Origin: Chara braunii
Taxonomy: Eukaryota > Plantae > Charophyceae
Assembly: GCA_003427395.1 (NCBI GenBank)
Contig: BFEA01000002.1
Span: 2,122,100-2,176,010, forward strand
Direction of reading: 5' to 3'
Length of the DNA: 53,911 nucleotides
Both the position numbers and the translations under genes were made by a program. Of the stretch, positions 23,081-35,950 are shown piece by piece. The notes beneath the pieces were generated by a model that searched no databases, was not told the origin of the DNA, and saw only the letters and a list, made by a program, of their open reading frames with translations. How positions within the stretch are numbered: position 1 is the stretch's first letter; the number at the start of each line of letters is the position of its first letter.

Positions 23081-24416
23081 AGTTTGTTATCATTAGATGT
23101 TGATCTTCAAGGCAGTGTTTTCCTTTCGCATCAGCAGGTGAGTTGGTCGTCACCATCATCCTCATCATCATTATCTTCAGGGTGCTGTCCATCGTCATCA
23201 GCAAAATCAAAAAAATCTTATCTACCTTTTCTCCAATGTAAGTTTCAGGAATTTTCGATTCTTTCATTCAAGGGGAGGGGGGAAATAATCCACAGAAACG
23301 TCCAAATTCCGATTCACCTCTTTTCAGTGGGCTGTTCTTAAAGATGTAGAGTTGTTCGGGGGTTATTGCATAATTTTTCCAAATTGTGAACGACATTTTG
23401 GTAAGTGTGTCATCAGGGAGGGGCAATCTCTCTCGAAGAAGTCTGGTCGAGGAGGTTGTAGGAATAGGTGTTATCTGGCAAGCCATCTATGATCCTGCGA
23501 GGGGTGGTCGAAAAATTCGGTGGCCTTCGAAGACCGATACTGGAGCAACGCTGGCCGAAGCCGGAGCTAGGTGACGTAACTCTGTGACTTAGCTTAGTGG
23601 GGGCGTGAGGCCTGGTAGAGAGCTTTGGGGAGCTGTTTGCAGGGGCAGTCCCAGTGGTCATCGGGGATCGTAACTGGAGCAGTGCTGGCCGGTGTTGGAG
23701 CAAGGTGGTGCAACTCTGTAACCTAAAAAACAACCATGCTGGTGGTGGTCGTAGGTGGATTGAATATGTTTCACCTATCTGATTCGTGGTTGGGAGGTTT
23801 TTTGACACACATATTCTATTGACGTGGTAGAGTCTGATTGTTAAAAAAAAAAAGGGTCGGTTGTTCTTATGAATGTCTTAGGACCTCAGGGACTCTTAGC
23901 AATCCGTCTTAGGTGGTTTCGACGTTGTTATACTCAGTGATTTGCGGTTGTTCGATGCCAGAATGACGCTGGCCGGTGCTGGGGTGTTGCCCTGTAACCT
24001 ACTGATGCAAGAGCGTGAGGCCTGGTAGAGAGATTTGGGGATGCTTTGCGGTGGGCATCCCAAGGGACAACCAAGGGTTGCTGTTGGGATGACGCTGGTC
24101 GGAGTTGGGGCGAGTTGTGTTTCCCTGTAACCCAGCAGGGTGGGGGTGTGAGGCCTGGAAGAGCTCAGCAGGGAGTAAGACGGTGTTGGAAAGTCTTAGA
24201 AGGGTTTGTTAGGGATCCTGAGGGTTGTGAGCATTCATAGGACCTATGTGGCAGGCTATTGCATGAGTAGTTCCCTTATATGAGAGTCCCCATGTTTCTG
24301 AATCACATCGTGTTCACAGATTGTTCTCAGTCGAAGCCGGGTAATGGGCCCGGTATCTCAAATGATATCAAATGATATCAAATGTTCTCAATGATCTGTA
24401 CAATTCGATATGGGAC

Positions 24417-24454
24417 CTGTCTCTTATACACATCTAGATGTGTATAAGAGACAG
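24417..24454. other. Nextera mate-pair junction adapter (Tn5 mosaic ends head to head), a sequencing/assembly artefact
   Basis: Exact CTGTCTCTTATACACATCT followed by AGATGTGTATAAGAGACAG. Confidence 0.98.
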
Positions 24455-24511
24455 GCCCGGTTCCCAGCACGTGCTGCTCCCCACGAATTCACTAGAGCAC
24501 TTGTTTAAGGG

Positions 24512-24543
<32 letters not shown>

Positions 24544-25753
24544 TCATTGAGAACTTTGCCCTCATATGGACTGACAAACGGAACAGGCTCTACAGCTTGG
24601 ACCGGCAGAATCATCTGCAATGGCAACCCTGGCCAACAACAGAGCGGCAGTGGGAACGCTTGTCGCAGTCTCACTTTCAGGTGGACCATCAAATGACAAA
24701 CTTTGTTCTTGTACCACAACGAAGCCCAGACAATCACCCTTTCTAGCCCCTCTCTGCCCTCTTTTATGCCTGCAACCCATAACACCCACTCTTGTGCCAC
24801 CCCTCCGCTCACTTCGCCCACCACCTCACGCGCTCAACACCCATCCTCCTCCATAACCTGCTCCTTCCCCCCCCCCACCCTCACCCGCCCTCTGCCGGTC
24901 AAGGATGGGTCTCTCAGGCCAAGTCCAGGGCACAGCCGGGGAGAGAGAGAAAAGGGCTATAGTACCGCTATACCAGTAAAAGAGCGAAAGAGGGAGACAA
25001 GAAAAAAACTCCCCCAGAATGGGAGGGCTAATTATGCAAGGCGGATAGGTTGAACTGAGGACTTTACACACAAGCTTGCACTCAAATAGCTGCTTGGGCA
25101 TCCACGTTTACTGTTGATAACAGTAGGCGGGCATATATGTTAGTATCTTCCGCCACACAGAACTTTACATAGGTGAGCCTAGGGGTTCACAGATACATTT
25201 CTTGCGTGTTCCACCATACAAACATCTACAATTATAAGGGACGTTGAACCCGGTTTCCAGCAGGTGCTGCTCCTCACGAATAGATGGGGCCTCCCCGACG
25301 GTGCTAGTGGTGTCTGCTCGTATCAGCAACCCTAGCAACTGTTCGGGTTGTTTTCGGAAAAAAAAAAAAAAAAAAAAGGCACCAGGGCTGATAGGTTGCC
25401 CAGCCGAGGTGGAAGCAGAATTGGACGAGCCTTGTCGAACGGGAACTTCGGACGCCAAGCCCAGACAATCTATTACAGGCCCCAAGAGACTCTAGACCCT
25501 AGGTTCAAACAGGGTAGCACCCACCGAAGCAGTCTTACCGTCCTTCCCCTAGCTTACCCAAGGCCAGGCGGAACTCGGACCGGCCTGAGCGACTTATATC
25601 CCTACCCTTACCTTAGGGTGTAAGCCTTATTTAGCCACCAGACAGTTGTATCCAAATGCCAGTAGGAACCCCTTACCTGAACCTACTGCAGATACTAGAC
25701 CCCACACTGTGACTAGACCCCCCTAGTCTGATAGTTGTGTAACTCGCAAGCTT

Positions 25754-25935
25754 TGTGTATACCCGAAGGTTGTGTATGCTCCGTGAATCTGTGTATCGAG
25801 ATGTACAGACAACATCATGTGTGGAAACTTGTGTATGTAGCCCATAGGCAATGTTTAGCAAGCTATGTGTATGCCCGAAGGTTGTGTGTGCTCTGTGAAT
25901 CTATGTATCGAGATGTACGGACAACATCATGTGTG
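25754..25935. repeat. Duplicated ~70-bp block, 112-bp period
   Basis: tgtgtat.cccgaaggttgtgt.tgctc.gtgaatct.tgtatcgagatgtac.gacaacatcatgtgtg at 25754 and 25866. Confidence 0.85.
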
Positions 25936-26271
25936 TACATCGAAGAGAGAACGGGGCAAGCTGGACAAGGACCGCCACCAAGGTCCGAACCAAGCGCGAA
26001 CCCGTGACCTTGTAACATGTAATCGAATGACTCTACCGTATGAATGGCTATCGAAAATGGCACGAACGTGTGATATGCCAGACTGGGGAGATCAACAGAA
26101 CACCCAAGACCAACACCCCCAAGCAACCCCTGCGGAACCCAGAACCAACATACAACACCATGAACAACCCTTGGGTGGTGCGCAGGCAGTACATGTAATA
26201 GTACCATGCATCAGCCCAAGGGAGTGTGTGTCCAGCCGTGCATCAATCTAACGCCCTGCCGATGTCCATGT

Positions 26272-26352
26272 GCAAGGTTGGGGGGTTTTGAACCCGCAAC
26301 CTTATACCACAATGCGCATTTTTAACCGGTGCTCTAATCACTGAGCTACATC
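26272..26352 (-). mobile_element. tRNA-derived SINE head or tRNA pseudogene with Pol III A and B boxes
   Basis: Minus strand reads gatgTAGCTCAGTGATTAGAGCaccgg...gcgGGTTCAAAACCccc. No convincing acceptor or anticodon stem. Confidence 0.65.
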
Positions 26353-26386
26353 AACTGGACCAAGAAGAAAAAACGTACTTACCTTT

Positions 26387-26388
<2 letters not shown>

Positions 26389-26455
<67 letters not shown>

Positions 26456-26985
26456 NNNNNNNNNNNNNNNNNNNNNNNNNNNNNNNNNNNNNNNNNNNNN
26501 NNNNNNNNNNNNNNNNNNNNNNNNNNNNNNNNNNNNNNNNNNNNNNNNNNNNNNNNNNNNNNNNNNNNNNNNNNNNNNNNNNNNNNNNNNNNNNNNNNNN
26601 NNNNNNNNNNNNNNNNNNNNNNNNNNNNNNNNNNNNNNNNNNNNNNNNNNNNNNNNNNNNNNNNNNNNNNNNNNNNNNNNNNNNNNNNNNNNNNNNNNNN
26701 NNNNNNNNNNNNNNNNNNNNNNNNNNNNNNNNNNNNNNNNNNNNNNNNNNNNNNNNNNNNNNNNNNNNNNNNNNNNNNNNNNNNNNNNNNNNNNNNNNNN
26801 NNNNNNNNNNNNNNNNNNNNNNNNNNNNNNNNNNNNNNNNNNNNNNNNNNNNNNNNNNNNNNNNNNNNNNNNNNNNNNNNNNNNNNNNNNNNNNNNNNNN
26901 NNNNNNNNNNNNNNNNNNNNNNNNNNNNNNNNNNNNNNNNNNNNNNNNNNNNNNNNNNNNNNNNNNNNNNNNNNNNNNNNNNNNN

Positions 26986-27074
<89 letters not shown>

Positions 27075-27075
27075 A
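26389..27075. repeat. (CT)n microsatellite spanning a gap
   Basis: CT runs on both sides of an N run. Confidence 0.97.
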
Positions 27076-30068
27076 CACGACTTCAATTATTTTTCCGTTT
27101 TTTTTTTTCGTTTGTGTATTTAATTTATTTTTTTTTCTTTCTTTTTTGATCGTGTGTCGTCCCTACAGAAGCGGGGCCCGGCCTTGGCGCTACGACCGGG
27201 CCTTCCCTTGGCCGACCAGCCTGAGGCTGTGGCACGTATACGGGAAGGCCCGCGGCCGAACACTGAGCGAGGTACTGATGGTTTAACAACACAAATTCTA
27301 ATAACCCTAATGACACCAAATTTGGCACATAGCAAGCTTGTCCAAAACAAAAACAGCCAAAAAAAAAAAATCCAAAAAAACACAAAATTTGACCCCGAAA
27401 CCCTAATTTCAGGATCATTCATGGTTACTCAGGGCCGAAAAGTGGGGGTCCCCACTAACCGCTTGTGCATCCGAACACTGAAGTTGGGGGGAAAAAAAAT
27501 TGTTAATCACTCGTTGGATGCGTAGCGACATTCTATCCAAATACCAAGATTGATTTACTAACCATCCATCTTATTCAAGTTCATCAGGCTCCTCTGGCGC
27601 ATGCCTTACTGTCATCGCTGCTGGAGGCAAACCAGGATGCACGTGGGCAAGCGAGGGAAGTTGCAAGGTTCAATGATCGCACAGAGCAATAACGTAGTTG
27701 AATGGTGCAATGGAAACAGAGGAAGCAACGATTGCGGCAGGGGAGTGCGGCAAGGAAGTCCAGGTAAATGATGGTAATGGTGTGCTAAGTGGCGGTGCGC
27801 AAGGACTCATAGTTATTAAAGTAAAGGAAACTTCCGTTTATTATACAATAAATTTTCGGATTCCCAAAGAATGGGGAGATTAGAGGAGAGACAAGAAATG
27901 GAGAGACGACGAGCATTCATTGAGGGGGAGGGAAAACGACCAATGACGAACCGGTTCCGAATCATTCCATCTTAAAGAATGAACGTCAACGTCCTGATGT
28001 CCCAAGATCCAAGCTCTTCTCCGTACAAGCCGCAACCTACAATCATCCACCAAATCGTTGGCCTAACCTCGAAGATCATGCATCACTTCGAGCGTACCAG
28101 AGCCTCAAGCAGGTAGGGATATCATGTGAACACAACGATGATGGTGACACCGCTACCACCTCGACAAGAACTCGCGAGTGTTGAGATCTCAACCAAGACC
28201 ACCGCTCGCCTTCCTCCAAGACTGAGCTAGATTTTCACAACTGCAAACAAACAATTAGTACTCACAAGCGGGGTGAAGCTGAGCAAATCGGGATGAAATC
28301 ACGGATGCTGCACCTGTCGGAAGGACAAAGGGTCCCTTTGTCTTACTAGTCGTGCGGTGATAACCTGTTCTGATGCAAAACTCGTGGCGATAACGGGAAA
28401 GAAGATAAAGATGGTTCAAAGGAAAGAAGAAGAGGAGTGTCATGTTGATCACCATTTCTCTCAGAAAAAGAGACTGATTGAAAATTGATGTTGGAGGCAA
28501 TTAGAGGGCGGCAGTGAGGAACATGGCGGATGATCGGCCTGACCGATGGACTACCAAAAACCTCAGTGGAGAGACGCACGGTGTTGACGTCGTTGGGGCC
28601 AAGCTCGATCACCCAGAATTTGTTGGGCCCAGGTTCCTGCATTCCAATTTGAACTTGTTGACCATAAGCTAATTTTGTCATTCTCTGTCTTTTTCAGGTG
28701 GAGCAAGGGAGGGTTTTTTCCATCAATTCTAGTTGTCGTTTCACCTCATCCTTGACCGTGGCCCTCTTACGTCGTCCACCGATACCATTTTCGTCTAGCA
28801 AGGACGGTAAGGACACATGGGCTAGGTTGTTGGTTCAAGTTTGTAATAGGAATTGGGACATGTCGGTGGACTCGTGAGGGTTGTTGCTATGAATAGTTAG
28901 GATCTGATCGACGATATCAGAATGAGGGTGAGTATCGTTGGCCTCAGTGTTCCGTCAAATAATTGTTTTAATCATGTGGTTCGCAATTTTCACTAAGTCG
29001 TTCGATTGCGACATATGAGGAGTCGTGGCCTGAATGGAGACTCTGTGTATGGCCAAACTCTAGACTTCACCCTGGGCCCATTGTCGGTCATGATTTCCCT
29101 AGTGTCCTTGTGCATCCCAAGAAGATGGTCGACTCCTCTCACTATGCCAATCGCCTGTCTACTTTTAATGGGTAGGCCTTGATCCACTTTGAGAAATGAT
29201 TGATAAGAACAAACAAAATTGAACAACTCACGAATGTTCGGCCCAAATGGCAATACTATATCTGTGGTATTCACACTGACATGTTGGAATGATCGTTTGA
29301 CTATAGCATGGGCAATGGAACATGGCGGAGACGGTGCCTTATTGGTCGAACGACTTTGATAATTTTTTATGATATATTCAACATTGTGTCATTGTCCCAA
29401 ATATTGGATTGATACCATTCATTTTTATCGATGGCTGACTTTTTGACCCTAATAGCAAAGTAGGCGGTGATCTCTTCATGTGTGTACTTAACTCGGTTAT
29501 ATTGTATGAACGGGTGGGGTACAACCATCCTCCTTCATAAATGAAACAGTTCAAATCCTCACATGGTTTTCTCCATGGAAGGTGGTGTCCTTTCACTCAT
29601 ATGAAATGGAAAAACCTATGATGTCGATCACAACCTTGTCATTATCCAAACAGAGCTATGGGGATTTTTTTCCCCTTAAGCTCATTCATGATGTAGTTAT
29701 GCAGAAGTTCTATGCGAAATAGCAGGATCGTATATTTAAGTTCGGGTCCCGTTGACCGATTGGACAACTTAACGAAGATTGGTATGGGACTCCTCCGAAT
29801 CTAAGATTCTTTTGAAAGAAAAGAATAATGATTTGGACAATCATAAGGTAGATCAAGTAATTTACACAAATTTCTTTCTAAACTGAATGTCAAACTTTCT
29901 TCCAACAAGAATCTGAATTCAATTTTCATCAAGAATCTTAACAAAAATGTGCTCACTCCTCATCGTCAGCTTCGACTGTAGTACAGGGAACATCTATCAA
30001 TCAAGCCTCATCAGGCCCAATACAGGCAACAAATCGTATCTAATCCGAATCGGGAGTAAAAACTGTCA

Positions 30069-33000
30069 ATGGATAACCTTAGGGTGGTGTCCTTGAATGT
30101 TTGCAACCTTCAAGTTGGTGATACAACACACATATCCAAACAAACTGGACTCAAATCATGGCTCCACGATACAAGGTTAAAGTCGCACTGCTGCAAGAAA
30201 CAAAACCGAGTGAACATAAGGTATTAGAATTAAGCACTTTGTGAGATGATACTCAATTATGGGCTCCACCATGACCGATTGGCACCAAAAGTGAGGTATG
30301 TATTTTGATTCACAAACAAACATAAGCAACAATTATCGATTTCAGAGAACATATCTGGGATCGTCGGACCAGGGTAAAAATAGAATTGCATGATGTGGTC
30401 TAGGCAATCATAATGGTGGATGCCCCTACGGATAGATCATAAGTAACCAATTTTAGGAAAAAAAAAGATATCACACACACCAAATGTGGAGAATCTCTTG
30501 ATAATAGGAGATTGAAATTGTACATTAAATGACCTCTCCTCTATAGCTTCGCAGTTCAGGGGCATCACTTTATTCTCGAACTAGATCTCAACTATTTTTT
30601 TTTTCTAATTTAAGCACTGGGTCCAGGCCACATGCGGTACTCTGTTGCCTCAGTGAATCTCTTGGCAGGCGTCCATCGTCTTAAACATTTCCATGTCTTC
30701 TCCATGGTGGACCGGAACTCTTACCGACCTCACATTCATCTAGGACCCTCCATCTGACCATAGTTCACTCTCAACCTCTTTCAAAATGAGGTCTATGCAG
30801 ACTAACGGAAATGATATTTTATATTTAATATTGTCATATTTCGTGACTTTGGTGTCTTTAAATAAGTTAGAAAGTTTATAGGATCAATGACCTAACTCTC
30901 GTCATCTTTCTCCATCTTCGGGTGAATGGTGGGACACTGGAGTTGCGATCATCTCCAATATGCTTCGTGTTATCCGTCAAATTATAATAACTTAGAAACT
31001 AAGAGGATCTGTTTTTCAGAGCCAAGTTGGAAAAACTTGTGAAGATGATGAACCTCCACCTCTTCTTCATGCAAGTACGGGCTCAACACAATGATATATT
31101 GAAAACAAAGTAGAGCGTCATAGTGTATGAGAGAAGGACTAGAGAGTCATTTCAAAAGTTGTTTCCAGGGTGTGTAGCTCAAGGAATGAGGGTGTTGCAA
31201 CACCCTTTCTTTCCAGCAACTATGGTGGCGGACTCTTTGGACAAGATATGTGAGTACATGATTGTTTTCGAGATATTATTTCCTTTAGAAGAGTAAGGGA
31301 AGACCCCAATACAAACCTCTCTCATAATTCATACCATTGACAAAATGCAGAGTGTAGAACAAGGGACTCAAATCATGACCTATTTGATGGTCCAACCACG
31401 GAGGACGACCTGAAGGCAGTGATCATGGTTTTGGCTCCTCATTTACTATAAATATAAAATGTTGTATTGTTTCGAAATCCGCTTAGCTCCCGGATGTTTT
31501 ACGAGATAATTTATATTTTGAACAAAAAAAGAATCATTTTAATATAAAAAAATTGACGCCCTATTTCTCTATTGAACGTCTCATATGAAATTATGATGAA
31601 AACTCTAGCTACAAGCTTCTCTAATGTGCTGTCAGTCGTGATTGGTAGGGACCAAGCTGCCTTTGTGAGGGGGCGAACCAATTTTGAAATATTGTAACTG
31701 ATATAGAATCCTTAGAGATTGCTTAAAGAGATAAGCTTGACATGACCATCCTCCTTCTAGATTTAAAGAAGGCATATGACCGTGTGAACTAGGGATATGT
31801 GACGACTATACTTATACATCTTGGTTTCGACCCTAATTTTAGAAGATGGGTGATCGCTCTCTACAGTCCATCCACTGGCTTTTCGTCAATTACAATGAAT
31901 GGTAAAATATCTCTACAATTTTCCCTCACTTGATCCCTACGTCAGAGATGCCTATTGGATCCTCTTGTGTTTGTAATTAAGTAGGAGATGTTGGTTAATA
32001 ATATGCGACACCATCCTAACATCACCGTATTGAGGGTCAGGGATAAGGAATGTTGAGTCAAAGCAGTAGTTGATAAACTCCTTGAAATCAGAGAAACACA
32101 CAGACCTCCCTACAAGGCCTCAAATAGTGTTTGTCTGGGTCCTCAAACTTGTCAGAGTCAACAATTCATTAGAACAAGTCTGTGTTTGTTTTGTCGGCGG
32201 AGTACAAACTTGCTATTGACTTTGGTAATAAAAAAAGTCGAAGAGCGGGCGTCTAAATAGTGTCTAGGACTTTAAAGAGTTTTTATTAACTGCTCGAATG
32301 CAAAAGAGTATTTTCTTCAACAGAAAGTATCATAACGGATTTTTAGATGGGATACAACCCCCCATATATCTCTCTCTGGGAAAACATTGATGTTTGATAT
32401 AACGTTTTTTTCCCTTCATGACTGTTGAACATATAGTTGCTTAAATGAAGTAAGAGAGTTCCAGCACGTTTTCTTTGGAAACTGTTTGCCCAACTTGATG
32501 GTGGATTCATTTCCAAGGTGTTATGGGAGAACTTATTTTTCAAGGAAGGAAGGTGGACTAGGGTTTCTCGACCAAGTAAGCATAATTTAGTAATAATGGC
32601 CGATCAAGGCGATTTTTTACCAACATGATGACCATTGGACATTGATGGCAAATCAACTTTAGCATATGCATGAAGTCTCTCAAGAATGAAGGTCGTTTTG
32701 CCCCATCTGCATGTCAGACTCATTTTTGGAAAGACGCATCAAATCGACATTTTGGCAAGGGATTCTCCATATGTGGAATAAAGTGAAACCCGATATGCGG
32801 ACGAGGCCAGTGACCAAGGATGAGGTTATCACCCAACCACTGTTTGATAATCCCTTGATCAGGGATAACAGTGGGAATATGTTACCTACAAATACCAGCC
32901 CTGACTCTTTTTTGAGGAAGTGAATCGAATAAAAGGTTTTTATGGTAGCCAATATTTGGGATAACTATGCAGGGAAAGCATCTCACGAGTCGATCCTGAA

Positions 33001-33760
33001 AGCATCTCACGACGTTCACGAGAATTGAATGTGCAACCTCCCTCTTGGGAGGCAAACACTTAACCAAACGGCTAAGTGGACTGGGGTGAAAGTTAAGCCC
33101 CAAGATGAGCACTTAACCCCACCCCAGCACAGATTTCTCCGCGTCCCGGTGTACCCAGTCACACACAACCAACCACAGGTCGTCAACGCAACCACCACAC
33201 AATGTTTAACCACACTGCAGGTTGCTACGCAAATCGATGCAAGGAAAGCATCTCACGAGTCGATCCTGAAAGCATCTCACGACGTTCACGAGAATCAAAC
33301 GCGCGACCTCCCTCTTGGGAGGCAAACACTTAATCAAACGGCTAAGTGGACTGGGGTGAAAGTTAAGCCCCAAGATGAGCACTTAACCCCACCCCAGCAC
33401 GGATTTCTCCGCGTCCCGGTGTACCCAGTCACACACAACCAACCACAAGTCGTCGACGCAACCACCACACAATGTTTAACCGCACTGCAGGTTGCTACGC
33501 AAGTCGANCAACCACAAGTCGTCGACGCAACCACCACACAATGTTTAACCGCACTGCAGGTTGCTACGCAAGTCGATGCAGGGAAAGCATCTCACGAGTC
33601 GATGCAGGGAAAGCATCACACTTTGGGATAACTATGGTTGCCAATCTCAAGACTTAGGGTGGAATTGGAAAAGACTATTGGAAGTGAAAGAAAAAGTGGT
33701 AATGCTCATCGATATCATCCTGCTGGTTTGGTGTTACGTAGTTAGCTACGAGTGAGGCTG
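30069..33760 (+). pseudogene. Highly decayed L1 ORF2 (APE endonuclease plus RT)
   Basis: MDNLRVVSLNV, VALLQETK, IIGD*N and PSDH (endonuclease). RPISLLNVSY, DQAAFVRGR, LDLKKAYDRV and LRQRCLLDP (RT). DEVITQPLFDNPLI downstream. End is approximate. Confidence 0.85.
32970..33621 (-). mobile_element. Tandem 270-bp-unit insertion with a 15-bp target-site duplication
   Basis: TSD tttgggataactatg at 32955-32969 and 33622-33636. Unit period 270 bp. Several hairpins favour the minus strand. Confidence 0.8.
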
Positions 33761-33959
33761 AATCTATGCCAATCCCCTAAACACTTGACACCTAAATGCA
33801 AGTGAGGCTGACTCTATCATATGTTGGAAATTAATTAATATATCTAAGCGTGACCACATGACTTTCCAGAAATGGATTCTGGTGACGCAACACAACTCTA
33901 ACTTACTCATGGTTGAATCTATCCAAAACAAAACCTTAAGACAACTTGACCAACTAAAA

Positions 33960-34560
33960 CAGACACGTGGCGGCCTGAGATTGGACCTGAGAAAAGTTAA
34001 AGCGGTGCATGACGCTCCTACGTTGGCGTCACTGACTCAAGTCCAGGCCTTTCTGGAACAAGCCTCATATCACTGGAGATTTATCAAGAACTTCCTAAGA
34101 ATCACACGACCCCTGGTAAATCTCCTTCAGATGGATTAACCATTGGTCTCGGACGCGGAGTGCAAATGGGCCTTTAGGAATTTAAAGTAGGCCCTTGACT
34201 CGACTCCTATCTTGATTCAGTCCGACTCTGAAAAACCATATGTAGTCATCACTGATTGGTAGCCGGAGGCCATATTCGTTATTTTGACACAGAGAGGGGA
34301 CAACAACAAGGAGCATGTCATTGAGTATGAGCCCAAGATGGTGTCTGACGAGCAAAGGAAGGTCACCGATTATGAGTCATTGCTAGCTCTCAAGAAACTC
34401 TGTAATTACACAGATATTATTGAGAGGTGGACAGTGAAATTGCATGAGCGCACTTCCACATTACCCACAAGAAGAGAAGCAGTACGACAACGTCGACGGA
34501 CGAACTCGATTACACCACTATAAAAATGTACCGAAAATAAGGAAGTTATACCCTGGAAGG
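33960..34560 (+). pseudogene. pol: Ty3/gypsy RT-RNase H fragment related to the 10876 element
   Basis: TRGGLRLDLRKVKAVHDAPTLASLTQVQAFL resembles TRGGLRPDSRKVDVVRDAPTPTSLTQV*AFL at about 14500. RNase H ITDW*PEAI..EHVIEY. Confidence 0.8.
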
Positions 34561-35099
34561 ACACCAAACCTCCGAAGGGACCTGCCAACGGAGAAGTTAA
34601 GGTGCGCCCGCGGACTAAAGTGACACTCGACGATATAGATCTATTGTCTCATAACATCTTGATACCCGACTCAAATGAAGCTAGTGTTATTCTGACAACG
34701 CAGGTTGATCTATCAGAGCCAGCCAGAAAAGCTTGAAAGTTCTCTCCATTTAACGACAATGCTCAAACTGCATGTCTACGACAACCTTATTCTATATCTC
34801 TCTCGAAGCAATAGAGAAAGGTTGGTCACTGGTCGTTGACAGTTTCCTTCCAAGTGTTGAACTGTTGGTATGTAAGCGCCTGAAGATGTTCACCTGCAGC
34901 TATAGGTTGAAGCTAAATTGTCTCTTTTCTACTCCGCTGAATCCGAAGGATATGGTCATCAAGAACTATCCCTTTAACAAGTTGCAGACCTCCTTGCGTG
35001 TTTCACCACACAACGTGAAGCAGTGTATTGTCTTCCCATACTTGAGGCTGAGGGTAAGGATATTTGGTTGTCGTAAAAACAAAGGATTGAGATATTGAA

Positions 35100-35950
35100 C
35101 GACTGGAAGCATGCCAAATCTTAAGTTTGTTCTACACAGTTAGCCGCATTGTGTTCTTGTCAGATCGAAGGACCGAGCTACTGGCTGAAATGAAGTCTCT
35201 GATCACCTTGATACAACTAAGGAGGTTGGTTTGACCGCAAATTGTTGAAACCTTGAGTCACTCCTCCCACTCTGCCATGATTATGATGTACAGTTGTCTT
35301 GAAAATTGGTCGGTCGAAAACAAAGTGTTGATGTGAAAAATTGCCCTTTGTCAGCTACGAGCAACTCCTTCGCTTCTGGTGCATTTGTCTTCTGTATGAA
35401 AAAAATTGCTACATCTTCTGCACCAAAGTGTTGATTAGCTAACCAATCTTAATTCTCGTAGGTCTCCATTATCAATTTCCACCTAAATACGATCCACCAT
35501 TCGACTTTAATATTGAGGATTGACATTATACTTGAGGTTCATCAATTATGGTTTAGCTTATTCCCTGATAGGGGAATAATCCTTTGCGATTATGATGATA
35601 ATCCGCCTCATTGAAATTTTGGTGTAGATAACAGTCTAGCGAAACTTAAAGTGTTGACCGAAAAGGTACTTTTGATTTGAGATCGCTTGAATTTTCGTCA
35701 CTCGATCCTAGTCACCCAAGGTCGGAAATCATACCATATTCTTGATTATAAAGTTTCACCATGTTTTTTCCATGATAGAGCATCCACCTTGTGAGTACGA
35801 CATTCCTTGCTAGGTAAGAGATGACATTGGGATCCTCCAACCGACCGCTTCTCTGGAATGTGGCGGGTTGAAGACGTTGTCACATGTCCAACCATTCTCA
35901 AAAGCTTTGATCATGTCTACTTTGACCTTCTGAGGGAGGTCTTTCACGAC
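35100..35950 (-). pseudogene. Very decayed LTR-retrotransposon RNase H/integrase remnant
   Basis: Scattered minus-strand motifs HKVDALS, AEDVAIFF, ELLVADKGQFFTS and TTVHH..GFNN, in integrase-like order. Confidence 0.35.

Larger units (their letters stand above)
22871..24538 (+). mobile_element. Poly(A)-ended retroposed insertion nested in a LINE
   Basis: Interrupts LINE ORF2. Internal degenerate repeats (gcgtgaggcctggtagagag; gctggccgg) at about 23550-24170. Ends in the conserved 3' motif and an A run at 24512-24538. Confidence 0.6.
22330..25377 (+). mobile_element. 5'-truncated L1-clade LINE interrupted by an insertion at about 22871-24538
   Basis: zf-RVT HKCLPTPNWL..CTYC..TLEHCLLECP. The frame ..EQDQTK resumes after the insertion as DLIENFALIW (compare KLNKFCIDW in the minus-strand LINE). 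The 3' UTR resembles that of the 19750 LINE. Poly(A) at 25358-25377. Confidence 0.8.

Noticed and set aside
24417-24454. Genuine Tn5/IS50 insertion
   Set aside because: It is the synthetic mosaic-end pair of the Nextera mate-pair adapter.
26272-26352. Functional tRNA gene
   Set aside because: A and B boxes are present, but no proper acceptor or anticodon stems.
27540-30060. LINE ORF1 or host gene
   Set aside because: The position upstream of ORF2 fits ORF1, but no motif could be read with confidence.
33029-33631. 200-aa repetitive ORF
   Set aside because: Read-through of a 270-bp tandem unit, includes an N, and has no domain motif.
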